DNA of 32,000 nucleotides from Pyrolobus fumarii 1A. Lineage in GTDB: Archaea; Thermoproteota; Thermoprotei_A; Sulfolobales; Pyrodictiaceae. The stretch is from the NCBI RefSeq assembly GCF_000223395.1, contig NC_015931.1:120001-152000 (forward strand), written 5' to 3'. The position numbers were made by a program, and so were the translations under genes. Below are positions 14,556 to 23,033 of the stretch, piece by piece; position 1 is the stretch's first letter, and every line of letters begins with the position of its first letter. The notes beneath the pieces were generated by a model that did no database searches, had not been told where the DNA came from, and saw nothing but the letters and a program-made list of their open reading frames with translations.

Positions 14556-16664
14556 GTGTCAGTTCTATCATTCTTGCCACAGGGGGTCGGGGCTACAGGT
14601 TTGCAGCTGAACAGCCAGGCGTCGGGCAGGGGACGGAGTGTAGAGGTTATAGGTTTTGATGTGCAGCCGGGTGGCCTTTTTGCTGTTGTGGGCATAGATT
14701 CTGCAGAGAAGCTCGTGTTCAAGCAGGAAGATGTGACACTAGCACGTCTGATTCGCCTTGTGTGGGAGTACCGTCCCCGGCTTCTCGCATGCGACAACAT
14801 ATTTGAGCTGAGTGAAGATGAGAGCTTATTACGTAAAGTATTATCCATGCTTCCCGACGAGACTGAGGTTGTACAAGTTACGCGTAATCCTGATGGGAGT
14901 TTTGTAGATCTTCGAAGTCTCGCGCTTTTAGCAGGTATACGTGTAGAGGGCAAGCTTTCTCCGAGTAAAACAGCCTATCTTGTTGCCGTGCTCGCTAAAC
15001 GGGGCTTTGGCTCGCGTGTAGCATTTACAGAAGAGAAGACTAAGATAATCATTGCTAGGGCGAGGCATGGCTCCTCCGGAGGTATGAGCCAGGCTCGTTA
15101 CCAGAGGGGAGTGAAGGCCTCAATACTAAGAGCTACAAGGATTATCAAGAAGCTTCTCGACAAGCACGGGTTTGACTATGACCTTATATTCCGTAAGAGC
15201 GGGTATGGGTTAGAGAGCGCAGTCTTCATAGTGTATGCGCCGCGCTCAGCACTGTACGGCATAATAAGACGGTTTAAGGGACGAGACCTTCGCATAGAAA
15301 TACGACCAGTTTATACGGGCCGCGTAGTATTCGAGTCCATCCGAGACCAGCAAGCACCACGACGCTACCTGATAGTTGGCGTCGATCCCGGGATAGTTAC
15401 GGGTGTAGCTGCAGTAGACCTGCACGGCAACCCCGTCTTTGTCTATAGTCGGAAAGGGTTAGACCGCGCTGAGATAATAGAGCTTGTGAAAAGGCATGGA
15501 GAGCCTGTACTCATAGCGACTGATGTAACACCGCCCCCCGAGACTGTCAAGAAGCTTGCATCTAGCCTGGGTGTCCCCCTATACACACCCCCATACTCCC
15601 TAACTGTCGACGAGAAGCAGGAACTAGTAGCGAGCATCTCGTCTCGATTATCGATTTCGAGACTTAATGCTCATGAGAGAGATGCTCTAGCTGCAGCCTT
15701 GCGCGCATATCGTGAATATTCTAGCAAGTTCCGTCAAATAGAGTCTACTGTTGCAAAGTACCCCGCTGAGATTAGTATCGATAATCTCAAGGCTACTGTG
15801 TTGAAGGGGCTTACTATCGCTGAGGCATTAGAGGCAGAGATAGAACGCATACTCGTCGAAGAACCTCCTAAGCCGGTGAAGAGTGTTAGGCATACACAAA
15901 AAGAGCAACAGCATCAAGACGTGAATAACGAGACGATAAGTAAGTTACAGGAGGAGCTTGAGGCTGCTAGGGCACGTATACAAGTGCTTGAGAAGAAGCT
16001 ACAAGAGTGCATAGAACGTAGCAAGCACCTGGAGAACGAGGCTAGGCTTGCAAAGCTCGAGGCTGCAAGTAAAGCCGAAGAAAAACTAGTCGAGTACAAA
16101 TACAGGATAGAGTCTCTGCAACATGAGCTAGAGAAGCTACGCAAACACGTAGAGGAGTTGACAGTCTCACAGAGAAGAATGTTGGAACTCATGCGCAGTG
16201 TTGCAATGGGTGTTAAGGCGCTCGTACCTGCCGTGAAAGGTTTGAACAAGACGAGCCTACGCCGTCTCATGAACGATCCACTATATTGGACTACACGTGT
16301 TATCTACTTGCACGAGCCTGGCATACTAGATGAGAGCGTACTCGTGCAACTCGTAGAGAACGAGTTGGTTGCCATACTCGCTCCAGAGACAATCCCGCAG
16401 AACATAGTGGAGATCATAAAGGCTAACAACATACCCGTGATATTATTACCACCCGATAGGGTGATAGTGAAAGAGGATATCGCCATAGTAGACACCGAAG
16501 TGTTAGAAGAAGCTATTCTCGAGAAGCTACGCATAGACGAGGAACTGAGAAAACGAAGCACACAAGAGAACAACCTGCTGCTTGATGCAGACAGCTTACG
16601 CCGACTCGTGGAAGCCTACCGCCGTGAACGATACGCCACCGAAACTGATGAGGAGGTTGGCTAG
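14556..16664 (+). CDS. DUF460 / COG2433 protein: predicted RNase H-fold (RuvC/YqgF-like) nuclease with long coiled coil
   Basis: 702 aa. LIVGVDPGIVTGVAAVDLHGNPVF...GEPVLIATDVTPPP..VKKLA...G..LYTP is the DUF460 signature as I remember it. A second related segment sits near the N-terminus (VIGFDVQPGG...LLACDNIFEL). Residues about 450-560 are a heptad-rich Glu/Lys/Leu coiled coil. Confidence 0.7.
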   Translation: MSVLSFLPQGVGATGLQLNSQASGRGRSVEVIGFDVQPGGLFAVVGIDSAEKLVFKQEDVTLARLIRLVWEYRPRLLACDNIFELSEDESLLRKVLSMLPDETEVVQVTRNPDGSFVDLRSLALLAGIRVEGKLSPSKTAYLVAVLAKRGFGSRVAFTEEKTKIIIARARHGSSGGMSQARYQRGVKASILRATRIIKKLLDKHGFDYDLIFRKSGYGLESAVFIVYAPRSALYGIIRRFKGRDLRIEIRPVYTGRVVFESIRDQQAPRRYLIVGVDPGIVTGVAAVDLHGNPVFVYSRKGLDRAEIIELVKRHGEPVLIATDVTPPPETVKKLASSLGVPLYTPPYSLTVDEKQELVASISSRLSISRLNAHERDALAAALRAYREYSSKFRQIESTVAKYPAEISIDNLKATVLKGLTIAEALEAEIERILVEEPPKPVKSVRHTQKEQQHQDVNNETISKLQEELEAARARIQVLEKKLQECIERSKHLENEARLAKLEAASKAEEKLVEYKYRIESLQHELEKLRKHVEELTVSQRRMLELMRSVAMGVKALVPAVKGLNKTSLRRLMNDPLYWTTRVIYLHEPGILDESVLVQLVENELVAILAPETIPQNIVEIIKANNIPVILLPPDRVIVKEDIAIVDTEVLEEAILEKLRIDEELRKRSTQENNLLLDADSLRRLVEAYRRERYATETDEEVG

Positions 16665-16671
16665 TCCGCCC

Positions 16672-16711
16672 CGCGGTTTCATCCTGGGGCACGCCGCCCC
16701 CGTCAACCGCG
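16672..16711 (-). ncRNA. stand-alone K-turn hairpin (possible L7Ae-binding element or small RNA) downstream of the SAM synthetase gene
   Basis: Minus strand: CGCGGUU-GA-CGGGGGC-GGCGU-GCCCCAG-GAU-GA-AACCGCG. This gives a 7-bp NC stem, tandem sheared G.A, a 3-nt bulge and a G+C-rich C stem. It sits in a G+C-rich patch (about 16665-16735) between two convergent genes. Confidence 0.3.
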
Positions 16712-16787
16712 TGAAACACGGGCCGGGGCCTGATAGTCTCTTACTTATAGGGTCGTTAGAAACGTTTCAGGCTAACAGAGAAAGATG

Positions 16788-17996
16788 TTAGAAGAGTTCA
16801 ATTTCACCACGAACTATACGCTCGGTTATCTCCCTGTACGAGCCCATCACTTCACCGACGATAGCCTCCGCTTCCCGTATCATGTCGCTGGTTAACCTCT
16901 CCTCTGGAAGTATCTTCACATTGGCTACTAGGGGCTCCGTTATCGGCTTACCTATCTGACTTAGTAGCTGAACATATACCTCACGTACACCTTTAACCTC
17001 ACGATGTATCTTCTCAGCTGCTATACGAGCCATCACGTTGTAGATCTTGCCTACGTGGCTTACTGGGTTCTTACCTGCCGCTGCCTCCATGCTCATAGGT
17101 CTCATTGGAGTTATGAGGCCATTCACGCGGTTGCCTCTACCGGTGGCGCCATCGTCACCCGCTTCGGCTGAAGTACCAGTAACCGTGATGTAGAATATGT
17201 TGCGTTCAGGCATATCAGCGGTATTCACGTGCACTTCCACATCATAGTTTGGAGCCAACTTAGCGGCTAGGTCCTCAACAGCGTTTTTAATCTCCTCTTT
17301 GACGCTTGCATAATGATCCTTGTCTTTGACTAGCCTCGATATCATCGCATTTGCAACGGTAAGCACTATCTTCTTGCCCTGCCTCAACCCCATGACTTTA
17401 ACGTCTTCGCCAGACTCGGGCACCTTCTCCTTGAATTCGCGGCTGTTAAGCATCCTCTCGGTCTCATAGACGAGCCTCTCTAGCGTAGAGAGAGGAGCAT
17501 AGCCAACACCAACACTAGTATCGTTCGCTAGTGGTACCTTTTTGCCAGCCTCATAGACGGATACCAGATCCACAGAACCCCTACCAACGCGATAATCTAT
17601 AATCACGTGCTCGTTTGGATCAAGGAAGCGGAAACTGTTCCGTATCCACTCCCTTGCTGCACGCAGTATTATGGAGCCTACCGGTATACGCTCAACACCG
17701 TCCTCACGTACAACCTCGGTAGTCACACGACCCGAGACAAGTATGTATATGGGCTGCGTAACCTCGCCACCGCCGAAACGAGGCTCGGCTTGACCACCGA
17801 CAACCAATACCTTGTCAACGTTATGATGGAGGATGTATCCGTACCTCTCGAGGTAGAACTTGGATAGTTCGCGACTAACCGCCTCAGCTATCGCATCAGC
17901 GATGTAATCAGGATGGCCAACACCCTTTCGTTCAACCAGCTCTACACTTAGCTCCTCTACCGGCTGCCAATGCACCTCCTCAACAACAATCCTCAC
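16788..17996 (-). CDS. mat: S-adenosylmethionine synthetase, archaeal type
   Basis: 402 aa. [47 protein letters not shown] are archaeal MAT hallmarks. Confidence 0.95.
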   Translation of the reverse strand: MRIVVEEVHWQPVEELSVELVERKGVGHPDYIADAIAEAVSRELSKFYLERYGYILHHNVDKVLVVGGQAEPRFGGGEVTQPIYILVSGRVTTEVVREDGVERIPVGSIILRAAREWIRNSFRFLDPNEHVIIDYRVGRGSVDLVSVYEAGKKVPLANDTSVGVGYAPLSTLERLVYETERMLNSREFKEKVPESGEDVKVMGLRQGKKIVLTVANAMISRLVKDKDHYASVKEEIKNAVEDLAAKLAPNYDVEVHVNTADMPERNIFYITVTGTSAEAGDDGATGRGNRVNGLITPMRPMSMEAAAGKNPVSHVGKIYNVMARIAAEKIHREVKGVREVYVQLLSQIGKPITEPLVANVKILPEERLTSDMIREAEAIVGEVMGSYREITERIVRGEIELF

Positions 17997-18271
17997 GCAC
18001 CACTCACCTCCGGCAACTTACCGTACAACTCGTAATCAACACTAACAAATACAACCATACTACCGCGTATAAGCACCCGCCCGTATTTCACCTTGGGCTC
18101 CATAGTCTCGCTATCAACCTCAACACAATCACTTAGTATGAGGTTCATCGTTCCATCAGTCAACTCAAGCTTACCAATGTACTCGCTACCGTCCTTTAGC
18201 TTCACAAGGATAACCCTGTTTCTTGCCTCGCGTAGCACACGAAGTGGACTCGCTGGACGCTGCTGCGACAT
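17993..18271 (-). CDS. Sm-like archaeal protein (SmAP/LSm)
   Basis: 92 aa. Sm1/Sm2 pattern: [31 protein letters not shown] ... [13 protein letters not shown]. There is a 4-nt overlap with mat, suggesting an operon. Confidence 0.85.
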   Translation of the reverse strand: MSQQRPASPLRVLREARNRVILVKLKDGSEYIGKLELTDGTMNLILSDCVEVDSETMEPKVKYGRVLIRGSMVVFVSVDYELYGKLPEVSGA

Positions 18272-18304
18272 CCTCTAATCCCCACGCGCACGGGCCTCAA
18301 AAAC

Positions 18305-18331
18305 CAGTATTAAAGACCTACCTTAATAACC
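18305..18331. promoter_or_regulatory. back-to-back TATA-like boxes shared by the Sm-mat operon (leftward) and RNase P RNA (rightward)
   Basis: TATTAAAG (about 18309-18316) and CCTTAATAAC (about 18321-18330) lie in the 84-bp divergent spacer. The second is about 27-30 nt upstream of the first paired G of the RNase P RNA. Confidence 0.4.
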
Positions 18332-18355
18332 CGGGTGCTCCACTTTAAGACTTAT

Positions 18356-18682
18356 GGGCCCGCCCCGGCTGGCCGCTACGGCCGCAAGGCTGAGGAAACT
18401 CCGCCCTCCCCGCGGCACCGGGGCCCCGAAAGGGGGCGCGGGTGAAACCCGCGGCAACGGCACAGAAACGACACGCCCGCCTGCGGGATGACGATGAGGG
18501 GGCGAGGACCCTCGGGCAACCGAGGGTCAGCAACCCCCCGAGGACCCAGGCGGGTGCGTTGAAACGGCCGCCCCCCGGGGTGCAAGGGGGCGCGCCGATG
18601 AGGGCCGCGCGACTGGCGCGCCGCCCCGCTTAGCCAAATGCGGCCGAAGTACAGAAGGCGGGTTATAGCCGGGGCGGGCCCC
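18356..18682 (+). ncRNA. rnpB: RNase P RNA (archaeal type A-like)
   Basis: Very G+C-rich, about 327 nt. The P1 helix joins GGGCCCGCCCCGG at the 5' end with CCGGGGCGGGCCC at the 3' end. Universally conserved blocks are present: GAGGAAACUCCG (CR-I/P4), GGGUGAAACC...GGCAACGGCACAGAAA (CR-II/III region) and GUACAGAAGGCGGGUUAUAG (CR-V/P4). The three track ORFs here are artefacts of the G+C-rich RNA. Confidence 0.85.
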
Positions 18683-18722
18683 GCCACACTGCTAATTAGA
18701 GTACAACGACCAGTGTACCTCA

Positions 18723-19112
18723 ATGGGTGAGATTGTGGGGAGAAGGAGGAAGCGAAGGAAGAAATTGATTATCAGGAGGCCGACGATGCCTTCTGCGTTT
18801 CGCTGCCCGAACTGCGAGGCAGAGACACTCGTAGTCGAGATTAACAAGAAGGAGGTTGACCAGAATACTGGTTACTACAAAGCCATCATAAAGTGTGGCA
18901 CGTGCGGCTTGCAGGCTGAGATGTGGGTACCGCCAATATTCCAGCCTGTCGACGTCTACTCCAAATTCCTTGATGGATTCCTAGAGGGCAAGATAGAGTA
19001 CAAGATATTGAAGTCTGGTGAGGAGCGCCGGTTGAGCCTCGAGGAGCTTGCGGGTGAAGCTGAGCATGGCGAGGAGTACGTGGAGGGGTCGAGTGAAGAA
19101 ACTTTTACTTGA
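18723..19112 (+). CDS. elf1: transcription elongation factor Elf1 homolog (zinc ribbon)
   Basis: Basic N-terminus (GRRRKRRKK), F.CPNC...CGTC zinc ribbon and the Elf1-typical PVDVYSKFLD segment. Confidence 0.75.
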   Translation: MGEIVGRRRKRRKKLIIRRPTMPSAFRCPNCEAETLVVEINKKEVDQNTGYYKAIIKCGTCGLQAEMWVPPIFQPVDVYSKFLDGFLEGKIEYKILKSGEERRLSLEELAGEAEHGEEYVEGSSEETFT

Positions 19113-19860
19113 GCGTAAAGAGAAGGGGTGCAAGTCGTTCTTTGCGCTCCTCGACCCGGACAAGCCTATTGATATTAACAAGCTGATACCTATTTTGACA
19201 AGAGCTACTGTTGTGCTCATAGGCGGTAGTCTAGGAGTTACACCCTACGACATCGACGATCTTATAACCCGTGCACGGGAAGCTGGCATAGATAAGCCCT
19301 TCGTGTTATTCCCCGGTGGACTCAACAATATAGCCGCTAACGCGGACGCGATACTCTACATGAGCCTATTGAACTCCCTAGACCCTTACTGGATCATAGG
19401 TGCGCAGGTAGCCGCAGCCCCCATAGTCAAGCGCCTAGGTCTTGAAGTGTTACCAACAGCCTACATAATAGTTGGTGAGGGTGGCGCGGCAGGCCACGTA
19501 GGCAGAGCACAAACTATACCGCTCGACAAACCGGAGCTTGTTGCAGCCTATACACTCGCAGCCAAGTATCTCGGCATGCAATTTGTATACCTGGAGGCGG
19601 GCTCAGGAGCACATACACACATACCTCCCGAAACAGTGAAGTTAACACGCAAAGTTGTAGGCAATGATGTGTATCTCATTGTTGGTGGAGGCATAAGGGA
19701 TGTTGACACGGCGCTAGCGGTGCTAGAAGCCGGCGCCGATGCAATAGTGATAGGCACACTTCTAGAGAGGCAGCCAGAGAAGGCAACTGAGATTGTCGAA
19801 ACTGTTAACTCCTATTGTAGCCGCGATGCTAGCACTTTGCATCCGGATATTTCCTCTTGA
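19066..19860 (+). CDS. geranylgeranylglyceryl phosphate synthase (GGGPS, PcrB family)
   Basis: FALLDPDK, IGGS, VLFPG, LNS.DPYWIIGAQ, AAKYLGMQFVYLEAGSGA, LIVGGGIR......AGAD.IV.G. The start is ambiguous (ATG 19048/19066 or GTG 19093), and every option overlaps the elf1 3' end. Confidence 0.9.
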   Translation: MARSTWRGRVKKLLLERKEKGCKSFFALLDPDKPIDINKLIPILTRATVVLIGGSLGVTPYDIDDLITRAREAGIDKPFVLFPGGLNNIAANADAILYMSLLNSLDPYWIIGAQVAAAPIVKRLGLEVLPTAYIIVGEGGAAGHVGRAQTIPLDKPELVAAYTLAAKYLGMQFVYLEAGSGAHTHIPPETVKLTRKVVGNDVYLIVGGGIRDVDTALAVLEAGADAIVIGTLLERQPEKATEIVETVNSYCSRDASTLHPDISS

Positions 19861-20083
19861 AAGCGGCCTCAACATCGATGCCCAACAGATTCGCCAGCGA
19901 TAAAGTCCAGGCAATAACATCAGCTATCTCTTCTTCAATTTGCTTTAAATCACCCTTCAATATAGCCTCTCCGAGCTCGCCAACCTCCTCAACAAGCCAC
20001 ACAAACGTTGCATACACACCACGTACACTGTCACGCTCATAGTACAACCTCTTCATCTCGCGTTGCACACATGACAGCTCCAT
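19829..20083 (-). CDS. small MazG-type nucleotide pyrophosphohydrolase domain protein
   Basis: 84 aa. The EE.GEL..A and EE.ADV....LAN..GID helices are typical of the all-alpha NTP-PPase (MazG) fold. This is not a MazEF toxin. Confidence 0.8.
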   Translation of the reverse strand: MELSCVQREMKRLYYERDSVRGVYATFVWLVEEVGELGEAILKGDLKQIEEEIADVIAWTLSLANLLGIDVEAAFKRKYPDAKC

Positions 20084-20148
20084 GACGCGTCACCAAAGTC
20101 ACCCTCTAATACCCCTTATTAAAGCGGAAATAGCGTGGTGAACACCAC

Positions 20149-20346
20149 ATGCCCTCCAACAAGAGGAGTGAGAAGCGAGAACACGCACGCGACACAACAC
20201 CAAGTATAATGAGTGCTGCTGGACTTCTATCATTCTATGAAGAAGAGGATGCAAAGATCAAGTTATCGCCAGTAGCAGTCATGATAATAGCTGCTGGGTT
20301 CATAGCAGCAATCATAGGGCTAGACCTACTAGCCAAGATTATGTAA
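20149..20346 (+). CDS. secG: preprotein translocase Sec61-beta (archaeal SecG)
   Basis: 65 aa. Basic N-terminus, SAAGLLSFYEEE..KIKLSPV followed by one TM helix. Confidence 0.8.
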   Translation: MPSNKRSEKREHARDTTPSIMSAAGLLSFYEEEDAKIKLSPVAVMIIAAGFIAAIIGLDLLAKIM

Positions 20347-20566
20347 GTAACGCATCACATGTCACCTTCTGGCAATTTATGAGTTACTCAGGCCTGTTAC
20401 AGTTCGCTTTACACGTCTCATGTTAAATCGTCAGGATATACGATGCGATAACCGTGGCGCGGCACATATGTTACCCGACCGTCGGTTTTACAATAGTTCT
20501 TAAGCAAATGTCAACAGCTCACATCGTGAGGGTCTCTTAGTATGTTATCATCTGGCAATGGAGGAG

Positions 20567-20654
20567 TGGTGCGGGGGGTGGGATTTGAACCCACGCAGGC
20601 CTACGCCAGCGGGTCCTGAGCCCGCCCCCTTTGACCTGGCTCGGGCACCCCCGC
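20567..20654 (-). tRNA. tRNA-Leu (anticodon CAG), class II, CCA encoded
   Basis: Reverse complement: GCGGGGG-UG-CCCGAGCCAGGUCAAAGGGG-GCGGG-CU CAG GA-CCCGC-long variable arm-GUGGG-UUCAAAU-CCCAC-CCCCCGC-A-CCA. Confidence 0.9.
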
Positions 20655-20695
20655 GCTCCACATAACTTCGGTTGACAAAAGGAGGTATAAGCTTT

Positions 20696-21283
20696 TCATC
20701 TTGCATCGTACTGAAGTATACGTGATATTATAGTGGGTACCTCTGCTGGCTTGACTTCGCGTTCTAATATTTTTGATAGGAGTGTAGCCTCGTGTTCGAG
20801 TATTTCTTCGGGAGTTTTTGAGGCTGCATATGCATCGAGAAGCTCCCTGTTTAGCTCTATGAAGTTATACACCCATTTATACAATCTAGTTAGCCTCTCG
20901 GCTTCTGATTTGAAGCCTGTTATATATAATGTTGCTATCACGGCCTCGATACTACTCAACTTGAATGCTAACCCGTAATGCGGTGGATTCGCTGCAAAGA
21001 GTAGTGGTAGCCTACGCGGGTTTGTCCTTTTCCTAATCATCTCGAGTTTATGCCCGTTTAGTTTCTTCCATGAGGCGTCTATCACTGTAACACCCCGTTT
21101 TACGACGATATCTGCATCTAGCTGTGACACTGGCGTAGCCGCATAGGGGTCTAGGAGGAGTGTACCTGGTGGAGGCCGTCTTACAATAATGGCTTCACCC
21201 GCTCTGACCATACGCAGCGCTGTACATTTACCCGGATCATCCTCGCGGTAGTGAACTACGTATACCTTTGGCGTAGGCTTCAC
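20696..21283 (-). CDS. tsr3: 16S rRNA aminocarboxypropyltransferase Tsr3 (DUF367/COG2042)
   Basis: VYVVHYREDDPGKCTALRM, IDASWKKL, NPPHYGLAFKLSSIEAVIATLYI.G. Confidence 0.85.
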   Translation of the reverse strand: MKPTPKVYVVHYREDDPGKCTALRMVRAGEAIIVRRPPPGTLLLDPYAATPVSQLDADIVVKRGVTVIDASWKKLNGHKLEMIRKRTNPRRLPLLFAANPPHYGLAFKLSSIEAVIATLYITGFKSEAERLTRLYKWVYNFIELNRELLDAYAASKTPEEILEHEATLLSKILEREVKPAEVPTIISRILQYDAR

Positions 21284-21338
21284 CCTTGGAGTCTACCTTA
21301 AATTCCTCTTATTGGATTGACGACTATGGGCACTGGCT

Positions 21339-21590
21339 ATGCCTACCGCTGTACTCTTGATCAATGTTGAAATCGGCCACGAGGATGATGTTTTTGAGGA
21401 GCTAAAGAAGATACCAGAGGTCAAGGCAGCGTACGTGGTGTATGGCATGTACGACATAATCGCTATAGTCAAGGCTGATGACCTTAGAACACTCAGAAGC
21501 GCGATATCCGAGCGTATAAGGAAGATTAAGCATGTAAGCGCAACACTAACGCATGTCGTCATAGAGGGTAAGGAGTTCGAACGCAAGTAA
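21339..21590 (+). CDS. stand-alone Lrp/AsnC ligand-binding (RAM) domain protein
   Basis: 83 aa beta-alpha-beta-beta-alpha-beta pattern: AVLLINVE.G.EDDVFEELKKIPEVKAAYVVYGMYDIIAIV.A.D...L ... I.KI..V..T.T. Confidence 0.75.
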   Translation: MPTAVLLINVEIGHEDDVFEELKKIPEVKAAYVVYGMYDIIAIVKADDLRTLRSAISERIRKIKHVSATLTHVVIEGKEFERK

Positions 21591-21626
21591 ATAGCAATAC
21601 TTGCACATTTCCCCGGCGGGTAACTT

Positions 21627-22988
21627 ATGCTGCTAGCCATAGCTCTTGATGGTGCAGATTCGCCTTCCGGCGGTTGTACTACACACCTCGCCTCCCTCAT
21701 CTTTCTTCGTCTAGCTCTACGCGAGAACCTCACGCCAGCTGACTATCCTTGGCTTGTACGCCTCAATCCGTCTATACCTATGAAGACTCGTGGCAACGGC
21801 TCCGTAACCCTGTGGTTTAGCACTGATAGTGTCGAGCGAGCAAGACGTGCAGCAATGATAGCAAGAGACATGCTTGTCGAATATGCAGAGTCTACTGGTT
21901 CTAAGACTAAAGCAAGCATAGTTGCTATATTGTTTAGCGATGAGGCACTGCCACGCCGTGAGCACACCCTTACAAGACTATACTATGATGCGCTCACGCG
22001 CCTAGTACCAATCAAACATGCATGGGAAGCACTTAACAAGTTGAAACTAGATGGTGCAGAGGTGCTCGTTGCAGAGGGGAATAGTATAGTGGGGGCCCTA
22101 GCTGGTGTCGGCGCTCGCCTTGATTTTGATCACACATTCGAACTCCTAGTCTACATGCCTCCTCGATTATGGGGTACTCGGCCACAGCTAGAACAAGATG
22201 CTGTTAGGAAACTGGACCACGTCCTCGGCTTCTACGGCATTGCGAGTATAGACTATGCGACAGGCCGTGCCTTGATCCAGCCACATGGCCCCGATCCCGT
22301 ATTGGCTGGCGTTAGGAGCGATACGCCAGAGGCTCTAGCTAATTCGCTTCAATTTGTACCGCGTGAGTTTTACACGCACGCCATTATCTATAGGAGTAAT
22401 CAGCACACAGGTGTACACATTAGAGACGATTTAGTTGAGCATATCAAGCCCTATGACTGTATTCGCTTGCATGGTGTACTCGGCAACACTAGAATTATCG
22501 GAGGCGGTCATGTCATAGCGCAATTCTGCGACGATAGTGGCTGCATAGATGCTGCATTCTATCGTGAGACCGGAGAGTTACGCCATATAGCTTCTAGACT
22601 GTTATGGGCTCGTGTAACTCTGGAGGGCTGCGTGCGTGTACACCGTGGACGCCTAACTGTGAACGTTGAACGCCTTGTTATACTGGATGGTGTCGTAAGA
22701 TACGAGCACTTGGCACCACCATGCCCAAAATGCAACGCTAGAACAACTAGAGTGCGAGACAGCGTGTACAAGTGTAGCGAGTGCGGAACGATAGTCTATG
22801 GCGTAAAAGGTGTAGAAGTAATAGAGCGTTTGCCTAGGATGATTGTTGAACCTCCTCCTTCGGCATGGCACCACCTATACATGCCATTGGCGCGTATCAC
22901 ACGCATTGCAAGACCGCGAGGCTTGAAACCGACACCATCATCAGCTAGCGACATACTACTTGTACCAGGTACGAATGTCATGTTTTAA
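21627..22988 (+). CDS. tiaS: tRNA(Ile2) 2-agmatinylcytidine synthetase TiaS
   Basis: N-terminal ...DGADSPSGGCTTH..., RLNPSIPMKTRGNG, an OB-like middle part and the C-terminal zinc ribbon CPKC...CSECG match my memory of A. fulgidus TiaS. Confidence 0.85.
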   Translation: MLLAIALDGADSPSGGCTTHLASLIFLRLALRENLTPADYPWLVRLNPSIPMKTRGNGSVTLWFSTDSVERARRAAMIARDMLVEYAESTGSKTKASIVAILFSDEALPRREHTLTRLYYDALTRLVPIKHAWEALNKLKLDGAEVLVAEGNSIVGALAGVGARLDFDHTFELLVYMPPRLWGTRPQLEQDAVRKLDHVLGFYGIASIDYATGRALIQPHGPDPVLAGVRSDTPEALANSLQFVPREFYTHAIIYRSNQHTGVHIRDDLVEHIKPYDCIRLHGVLGNTRIIGGGHVIAQFCDDSGCIDAAFYRETGELRHIASRLLWARVTLEGCVRVHRGRLTVNVERLVILDGVVRYEHLAPPCPKCNARTTRVRDSVYKCSECGTIVYGVKGVEVIERLPRMIVEPPPSAWHHLYMPLARITRIARPRGLKPTPSSASDILLVPGTNVMF

Positions 22989-23033
22989 CCACCTGGTTAA
23001 CCACCCCTCTGGTTCCACTGGAGCCCACCGATA
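22981..23033 (-). repeat. repeat copy a (3'-end type); core 22994-23029
   Basis: The reverse complement TATCGGTGGGCTCCAGTGGAACCAGAGGGGTGGTTAACCAGGTGGTTAAAACA matches copy d, with 35 of 36 identical in the core. It covers the last 11 codons and stop of the regulator gene and the last 3 codons of tiaS. Confidence 0.8.

Noticed and set aside
18345-18723. Track ORFs 18345-18533(-), 18376-18723(-) and 18442-18633(+)
   Set aside because: They lie entirely within the RNase P RNA gene and have Arg/Pro/Gly/Ala-rich translations typical of random frames in G+C-rich RNA.
19829-20083. MazG-like gene as part of a toxin-antitoxin or defence module
   Set aside because: It is the small all-alpha NTP pyrophosphohydrolase domain, not MazF/MazE. 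The neighbours are GGGPS and secG, and no partner gene is present.
20347-20566. 220-nt non-coding gap between secG and tRNA-Leu, with a duplicated TCTGGCAAT 9-mer and small hairpins (CUCAC-AUC-GUGAG)
   Set aside because: It is not G+C-rich, has no box motifs, and contains only very short ORFs. The 9-mer duplication alone is within chance expectation for a region of this size.
21627-21700. TiaS N-terminal motif reads LDGADS rather than the DDTDS I remember from A. fulgidus TiaS, raising the possibility of an inactive paralog
   Set aside because: The rest of the protein is well conserved (CTT, RLNP.IP.KTRGNG, zinc ribbon). My memory of the motif tolerance is not good enough to claim loss of function. 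An alignment with orthologs is needed.
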